Assembly: GCA_943372295.1 (NCBI GenBank) | Contig: CALRYC010000004.1 | Span: forward strand, 71,811-135,810 | DNA: 64,000 nt | From: Chitinophaga pinensis | GTDB lineage: Bacteria; Bacteroidota; Ignavibacteria; Kapaibacteriales; Kapaibacteriaceae | Direction of reading: 5' to 3' | Part shown: one piece after another, positions 58,785 to 64,000 of the stretch | How the letters are laid out: the number at the start of each line of letters is the position of its first letter | Position numbering within the stretch: position 1 is the stretch's first letter | Made by a program: the position numbers and the translations under genes | Notes under the pieces: generated by a model | Seen by the model: only the letters and a program-made list of their open reading frames with translations | What the model was told of the DNA's origin: nothing | Database searches by the model: none

Positions 58785-60728
58785 TCACTTCACGCGAATA
58801 CGGATGCTCCGGTTCAGGAAGCGTCCGTGCGGAGTGTCATCGCTAAAGGGCGACGCCAGCGACGTGGTCGCAAACGTGAACTTCTTGGCCGACACCGAGC
58901 GGATGTAGGATTCTGTGTTGGCCGCGCGGTTGCTCGAGAGCTGCCGGTTGCGTTCCTGTGAGCCGAGTATGTCGGCGCTGCCTTCGATCACAATGGTCGC
59001 ACCCTCCGGAAGCTGTTCGGTAAGCTGACGTAGGAGTGTCTTCACGTCATCGAGAAGCTCGGCACTATTGTAATCAAACCGGAGCACGGCCTCAAATCCG
59101 TCGGTGCTCAGGGCGATGCGCCGACGTGTGAGCTTCTCCGTCGGGACCGTGAGCTTCATCTCTGCATACTGGCCACCGGCCGAAGAAGACGTTGCTATGC
59201 TGGCAGGGGGCTGACCGGAGTTATCGAGCCGCACTGTGACCGGTAACGTGACGGTCGCATCAAGTGAGGCAATGACCGTGTCGCGTCCATTGATCGTGAT
59301 GGTCTGATCTGCCGGTTGCGACTCAGGCGGACCACCCTGAAAGAGCGATCTGACCGAGGCAAGGCCACGCAGCTCGGCAAACTCCTCCGTCAGCACAAAC
59401 CTCTGCAGCGTAGCATTCTGAAGCACGATGTCCACGCGGCGGTTCTCGGCACGCCCACCCGGCAGGTCGGCATTCGAGGCAATTCGCGGCGTGACCAACG
59501 GATTGATCCCGATCGACGATGACGGCACACCCAGGCCTACAAGAGCGCTGCGCACAGCCTCGGCGCGGCGCCTGGCAAGTGCCGTTCCTTCCGGTTCCGT
59601 GGACGGGCCACTGGTAGCCCCTTCGAGAACGATACGTGCCGACGGGTTAGCCGCAACGATCGCCGCAATTCGTGGCAGAATCCAGTAATGAGAAGCAACG
59701 GCGTCACTGCTCATCGTGGCAAGATCGGCCGCCCGTTGGTACGATGCCGGCACGTCGGCCCGCGCACTGTCGAAGAACACGGCGTTCACGATCGGCGTGA
59801 GCGCACGAAGCACATTGCCCGTGACGATCTCGCCGCTGAACGATCGCGGTTGAAGCTCGAGACGCGGCGGAGCATACGTCGGCTGAGGCATGGGCTGTTC
59901 GACGACGATCGCCGGAGGTGGGGGCGGAGCGAACTGCGGCGCACGTGTCAGCGAGAGTCGCAGTGCCACATCAAGCCGTATGGTAAGGGGCTTCCAGGGC
60001 GCATCGGTAAGCACGTCATTCAGTGCGTAGTCGAGGCTGACGCGGGGCACAAGGCTGAGGCGCTCCGACAATGGGATAAAGGACTCAAGGGCCGACGAAA
60101 ACATCACAAGCAGCGATGAACGGGTCTGCAGAGCCCCCTGCCGGATAACGCGTTCCTGAACGGCCGTGCCGTTCTCGAGAAAAACGGCCGACTCGGGGCT
60201 GACCACCGATTCACGCTGAACATACGAGGCGGTCATCGGAAGGGCAAGGCGCGGACCAATGCTGAGTCCAAGAGTGCGCTTAGTGAGTGTTCCAATGAGC
60301 GGCAGTTGCAGCTGCGCTGAAACATCCAGATTCGACAGCGTGGTACTGAGCACATAGTCGGTGGTCATCGTCACCTCAGCGCCCGTGGCACTGTCACGCA
60401 GAGGATAGGTGTTTGTGCGCGAGAAGTCACCGCTGCGATTGCTCAGGCCCACTTCAAGACCGAATGCGCCCCATGAGGTCATGGGAATCTCCATGGCAAG
60501 GTAGCCGCCCGGCCCCATCCCGCTGCCAGAGGTGAGCAGTCCACAGTCGACGATGCCGCCGGCATTGCTCAGATTTGCTGAGTGTGTCGTGCTGGCAAGG
60601 CCTCCGCCGAGACGTACGGCAAGGGTTTCAATGCGCTGATACTGCGCATGCAGAGCGGACGTTCCGATCAGAAGCGCGGCGGCGATTAGGCGAAGCATCG
60701 GCAAAGATAGGAGGCGGTGTTTTACCAT
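58785..60728 (-). CDS. OmpA-family outer membrane protein
   Basis: N-terminal barrel, Pro linker, GRAENRRVDI and FDYNSAEL...GRFLNRSI. Confidence 0.85.
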   Translation of the reverse strand: MVKHRLLSLPMLRLIAAALLIGTSALHAQYQRIETLAVRLGGGLASTTHSANLSNAGGIVDCGLLTSGSGMGPGGYLAMEIPMTSWGAFGLEVGLSNRSGDFSRTNTYPLRDSATGAEVTMTTDYVLSTTLSNLDVSAQLQLPLIGTLTKRTLGLSIGPRLALPMTASYVQRESVVSPESAVFLENGTAVQERVIRQGALQTRSSLLVMFSSALESFIPLSERLSLVPRVSLDYALNDVLTDAPWKPLTIRLDVALRLSLTRAPQFAPPPPPAIVVEQPMPQPTYAPPRLELQPRSFSGEIVTGNVLRALTPIVNAVFFDSARADVPASYQRAADLATMSSDAVASHYWILPRIAAIVAANPSARIVLEGATSGPSTEPEGTALARRRAEAVRSALVGLGVPSSSIGINPLVTPRIASNADLPGGRAENRRVDIVLQNATLQRFVLTEEFAELRGLASVRSLFQGGPPESQPADQTITINGRDTVIASLDATVTLPVTVRLDNSGQPPASIATSSSAGGQYAEMKLTVPTEKLTRRRIALSTDGFEAVLRFDYNSAELLDDVKTLLRQLTEQLPEGATIVIEGSADILGSQERNRQLSSNRAANTESYIRSVSAKKFTFATTSLASPFSDDTPHGRFLNRSIRIRVK

Positions 60729-61249
60729 GTCATTGTGAGCCCAAGGGCCAGCTGCTGCGTGCGTGTTGGACCCAGATTCAAGCTCAGTTTTTCGCCGGTA
60801 TCGAATGAGTAGAGCTCAGCGCCGACGTACGCATCGACCGCCGCAAGTGCGTAGGTGATCAGAAACACCACGGCCGACAGATCGCGGTTATCGCGAAACA
60901 CTTCACGTCGCCTCAGTAGCAGGTTCACCGTGGCGGCGCTTGATCCGTCTGTCAGCGCCTTATCATAAGCACCCGAGGCGGTTGAGAACTCAGCATTGTT
61001 GCGAAAGAACATCACGGCCGAAACAGCCGCGGTGCCGGCAAAGAGCGGCACCTTCCAGTAGTTCTCGGTGTAGACCTGACCTACTCCCGGGAAGATCAGC
61101 GAGTACATGATGGCCGTCGATGTGGTCTTCTCAACACGTGGAGCAAGCGTGTCGTCGCTTTTCAACGAATCAAGGTTCGTGCCGGCCGACGCAGCGGTCG
61201 CTGCAGCCATGACGAGAAGGAATACTGTGCTGCGCGTCAGGGAACGCAT
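60722..61249 (-). CDS. DUF5683-like protein
   Basis: SLIFPGVGQVY..YWKVP, VDAYVGAEL. Confidence 0.75.
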   Translation of the reverse strand: MRSLTRSTVFLLVMAAATAASAGTNLDSLKSDDTLAPRVEKTTSTAIMYSLIFPGVGQVYTENYWKVPLFAGTAAVSAVMFFRNNAEFSTASGAYDKALTDGSSAATVNLLLRRREVFRDNRDLSAVVFLITYALAAVDAYVGAELYSFDTGEKLSLNLGPTRTQQLALGLTMTW

Positions 61250-61707
61250 GCAATGACCTCGATCTCCACACGGGCGTCTTTCGGAAGACGTGCAACTTCC
61301 ACAGCAGAGCGTGCCGGACGGTGCTGGCCCATCTGCTCGGCATACACAGCGTTCATCTCGGCAAAGTCACCCATGTTCTTCAGGAACACCGTCGTCTTGA
61401 CGATCGACGAAACATCAGCCCCTTGAGAGGCAAGGATGGTGCGAATGTTCTCAAAGACCTGATGTGTCTCTTCGGTGATCGTGCCGGAGACCATGCTGCC
61501 ATCGGCGCGAAGCGGAATCTGCCCGCTGAGAAAAAGCATCCTGCCCTGGCACTCAACGCCGTGTGAGTAGGGTCCGATAGGAGGGGCTGCCTGCGCAGCG
61601 CTAAAGGGGCGAACAGTTGACGTCTTCATGGTGGTACAGGATGTGATGAAACATGTGCTCATGACGGCGAGCATCAGCATCGCTAGCAGGCGAGTGTGAC
61701 GCATCAT
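61237..61707 (-). CDS. RidA/YjgF family enamine deaminase with N-terminal extension
   Basis: IGPYSH, LSGQIP, VKTTVFL, PARSAVEVARLPK..VEIE. Confidence 0.92.
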   Translation of the reverse strand: MMRHTRLLAMLMLAVMSTCFITSCTTMKTSTVRPFSAAQAAPPIGPYSHGVECQGRMLFLSGQIPLRADGSMVSGTITEETHQVFENIRTILASQGADVSSIVKTTVFLKNMGDFAEMNAVYAEQMGQHRPARSAVEVARLPKDARVEIEVIACVP

Positions 61708-62057
61708 GGCGTTGCCGAATCGCGATTAATGATGAACACTTCTTCGTTCGGACGGATGTAGCCGTAGCGTTCGCGGGCAAGACGTTCGATCTCGGTGCTG
61801 TCGGTCTCCAGAGTGCGGATCTGCCGACGCAGGCTATCGGATGTGGCGCGCAGCTGGCCAAGGTGACCCTCCAGCTGCTGTGTCTCGGAAATCAGCGTGA
61901 GCCGCGTCAGCAGGCCGTAGTTGGAGAACAGGGCAAATGCCAACACGCCCGCAGAAAGGAGGATGATCGTGATCAGACGCTTGCGCGTCATCAGACTCTT
62001 TTGCAACGTGTTTGCCGTCGTTCTTGGCGTGGCCTTTGCCGTTGTCTTTGCCATCAT
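61704..62057 (-). CDS. Septum formation initiator (FtsB/DivIC family)
   Basis: TM helix, coiled coil, IERLARERYGYIRPNE. Confidence 0.85.
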   Translation of the reverse strand: MMAKTTAKATPRTTANTLQKSLMTRKRLITIILLSAGVLAFALFSNYGLLTRLTLISETQQLEGHLGQLRATSDSLRRQIRTLETDSTEIERLARERYGYIRPNEEVFIINRDSATP

Positions 62058-62075
62058 GATCTTAACCGTTGATCA

Positions 62076-63344
62076 TCAGCGAAGGATCAGACGGCGCGTC
62101 ACGGTAGCATCGGAACGATGTCCGACCAGCACGTAGAGTCCGGATGGGAATCCGGACATATCAAGTTCAAGGGGGCGAGCCTGAGCGTCGTTGATGCTCA
62201 TAACCCGACGTCCGTGCGCATCGAAGAGCTCCGCGCCGATGATGTCACGTCCGAGGTCGATGCGTGCGCCGTCTCCGGAGATGAACAGTCCACCGCGCTG
62301 GTCGTCACCCGATGAAGATTCATCCACTGCGGTCAGATCGTTCAGGTCGAACGCATAGATACCCGACGTATCCTTCTTACCCTGCGTGATGTTCAGCGCC
62401 ACAACTGCCCATCCCGACTCAATGGCCATGATGGAGTTGCTGGCCGATGCCTGCTGACAGGGCAGTGGCAGACCCCAGCGTACCCAGGTGTTATCTGTTC
62501 GATCAAGGCGGAACATGCGGTACGATGAGTCGGCCGTGACGGCATAGAGCTGACCTAGGTGCGAGTCCACGTCGAGTGTTGCTGGTGTCTGACCTGAGGG
62601 AAGCTCCCAGATGCCGACTTGCTCGAGCTTGCCGGCGGAGACATCCAGTGTGACGATACCCTTGCCGGTAGATGCATAGAGCTTGTCGTTCATCACATGC
62701 AGCTGTCCGAGACCTTCAGCAGCGAGTGTGGACCATGAAGCCCCCTTATCCGTTGAGAAGGCCATAGCACGTCCGGCAACGTTCGCCACCATGGCAGTTG
62801 TGGTGAGCACAAGCTGGCGGATCGGTTCGTTGGATGGTCCCTTGATGGTAGAGGTGGTCTCTCCTATGCGGTGGATCATGGATCCGTTCTCGCTCGTCAT
62901 GTACCAGTCGAACCCCGAGGCCACGCCTGATGTCGGACGGGCAACGTCAAGAATAGAGTCGACCTTGGACCAAGAACTGCCCCCTTGCGAGAAGAATACC
63001 TTGGCCTTGCGTTCTTTTGCCTCGTATGTAATGGCAAAACTGATGCCCTGCGAAAAATCGAAGAAGTCGCACGGCTCGCCCTCAAGGTCGCGGATGGAGT
63101 CAAGCGTCGCTCCATGATCGATAGATCTCCATGCGACTTCGTCGAAGATCACCAGAGCGCCGGCAGCGGCAGTGACCTTCGGTGTGCTGCCGGGAAGTCG
63201 CGAATTGCGATAGCTCCACGGCCGGTTCTGCGCAACGGCACAGAATGAGCTGGCCAGCAGCATTATCGTCACGACGCAGACCCACAAGCCAGTCTGGCCA
63301 TTCCGTGATGTTCGACGAGGTGTACGTGCGGCGCTAATCATCAT
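62076..63344 (-). CDS. Secreted Asp-box protein with T9SS CTD
   Basis: SIDHGAT, STDKGASW; LFDAHGR...PSGLYVL tail. Confidence 0.75.
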   Translation of the reverse strand: MMISAARTPRRTSRNGQTGLWVCVVTIMLLASSFCAVAQNRPWSYRNSRLPGSTPKVTAAAGALVIFDEVAWRSIDHGATLDSIRDLEGEPCDFFDFSQGISFAITYEAKERKAKVFFSQGGSSWSKVDSILDVARPTSGVASGFDWYMTSENGSMIHRIGETTSTIKGPSNEPIRQLVLTTTAMVANVAGRAMAFSTDKGASWSTLAAEGLGQLHVMNDKLYASTGKGIVTLDVSAGKLEQVGIWELPSGQTPATLDVDSHLGQLYAVTADSSYRMFRLDRTDNTWVRWGLPLPCQQASASNSIMAIESGWAVVALNITQGKKDTSGIYAFDLNDLTAVDESSSGDDQRGGLFISGDGARIDLGRDIIGAELFDAHGRRVMSINDAQARPLELDMSGFPSGLYVLVGHRSDATVTRRLILR

Positions 63345-63398
63345 ATCCTAAGGTCCTCAGTAGCCATTTGCAGGGCGAGCAATCTACGGACTTGCGCA

Positions 63399-64000
63399 TT
63401 AAGGATTTTCGGGCCAATCGTGCTTTGGATAGCGCCCCTTCATCTCTTTTCGTACCGCTTGGTATGATCCACTCCAGAATCCGGCTAGGTCGCGGGTCTT
63501 TTGAATGGGCCTGTCGGCCGGGGAGAGCAGCTCGATGGTCAGCGGCACGTTCCCATTGGCCACCGTAGGCGTGCGCTTTACGCCCAGCATAAACTGCAGG
63601 CGCACGGCGGCAAGGGGCTGATCAGGCTTCGAATAATCAATGGCCACTTCGCGTCCTTTGGGTGGCTTGTAGTACTCCGGGGCGCAGCGGTCAATGAGGG
63701 TCTTCTGTTCCCGTGAGAGCATCTCCCTTAGGGGACGCGTCAAGTCCAGCTTCTGCAGGTCGGCCAGCGAGCGCATGCCCACGAGCTGTGGCGCAAGCCA
63801 ATTGTCGATGCTTGCTGCGAGGGCCTCATCGGACATCTCCGTCAGTTCGGCTCCGGTATGCTGACGCGTAAACGCAACTCGATCTCGCAGGCGCTCAGCC
63901 CCCTCACTCCAAGGTAGGTTCTCAATGCCACGACGGGCAAGCTCCCTGGCAAAGGCCCTGGCAAGCTCCTGTGCATCAGTCTTGGCATTGGCCCTCGTCT
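63399..64000 (-). CDS. hrpB: ATP-dependent helicase HrpB, C-terminal part
   Basis: ELLSPADRPIQKTRDLAGFWSGSY..VRKEMKGRYPKHDWPENP. Confidence 0.92.
   Translation of the reverse strand, partial: TRANAKTDAQELARAFARELARRGIENLPWSEGAERLRDRVAFTRQHTGAELTEMSDEALAASIDNWLAPQLVGMRSLADLQKLDLTRPLREMLSREQKTLIDRCAPEYYKPPKGREVAIDYSKPDQPLAAVRLQFMLGVKRTPTVANGNVPLTIELLSPADRPIQKTRDLAGFWSGSYQAVRKEMKGRYPKHDWPENP

Noticed and set aside
1-64000. tRNA, rRNA or riboswitch genes
   Set aside because: None recognised by eye; an Infernal/tRNAscan run is needed to exclude them

Overview
Bacterial chromosome segment, most consistent with the Bacteroidota/Chlorobi/Kapabacteria group. The evidence is several proteins with T9SS-type C-terminal sorting domains, TAnnTTTG -7 promoter boxes and TonB receptors; the taxon is an inference. 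About 33-64 kb is mostly core genes: TonB receptors, a DtxR-family regulator, ECF sigma, feoAB, mgtE, a MacAB-TolC-type exporter, typA, recR, pspA, an OmpA protein, RidA, ftsB-like and hrpB. About 5.5-33 kb is an accessory hotspot: AAA ATPase, serine hydrolase, higBA with a deleted toxin, three T9SS cargo genes, hipBA and two Crp/Fnr modules. The most striking element is a visibly AT-richer ~10.5 kb island (15145-25660) between two diverged ~470 bp direct repeats, ending in an IS3 remnant. It carries two tandem copies of an uncharacterised five-gene module: divergent helical (HTH/TPR-like) regulator, small secreted peptide, 19-21-Cys secreted protein, a hairpin, ~830 aa Asp-box propeller protein with a T9SS-like tail, and a stand-alone T9SS-CTD-like protein. 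Also notable are oriented heptamer arrays, REP-like palindromes, a Crp/Fnr box at a fixed 22 bp from -7 elements, DtxR-type operators, and several genes hollowed out by internal deletions. All assignments were made by eye from motifs; no searches were run.
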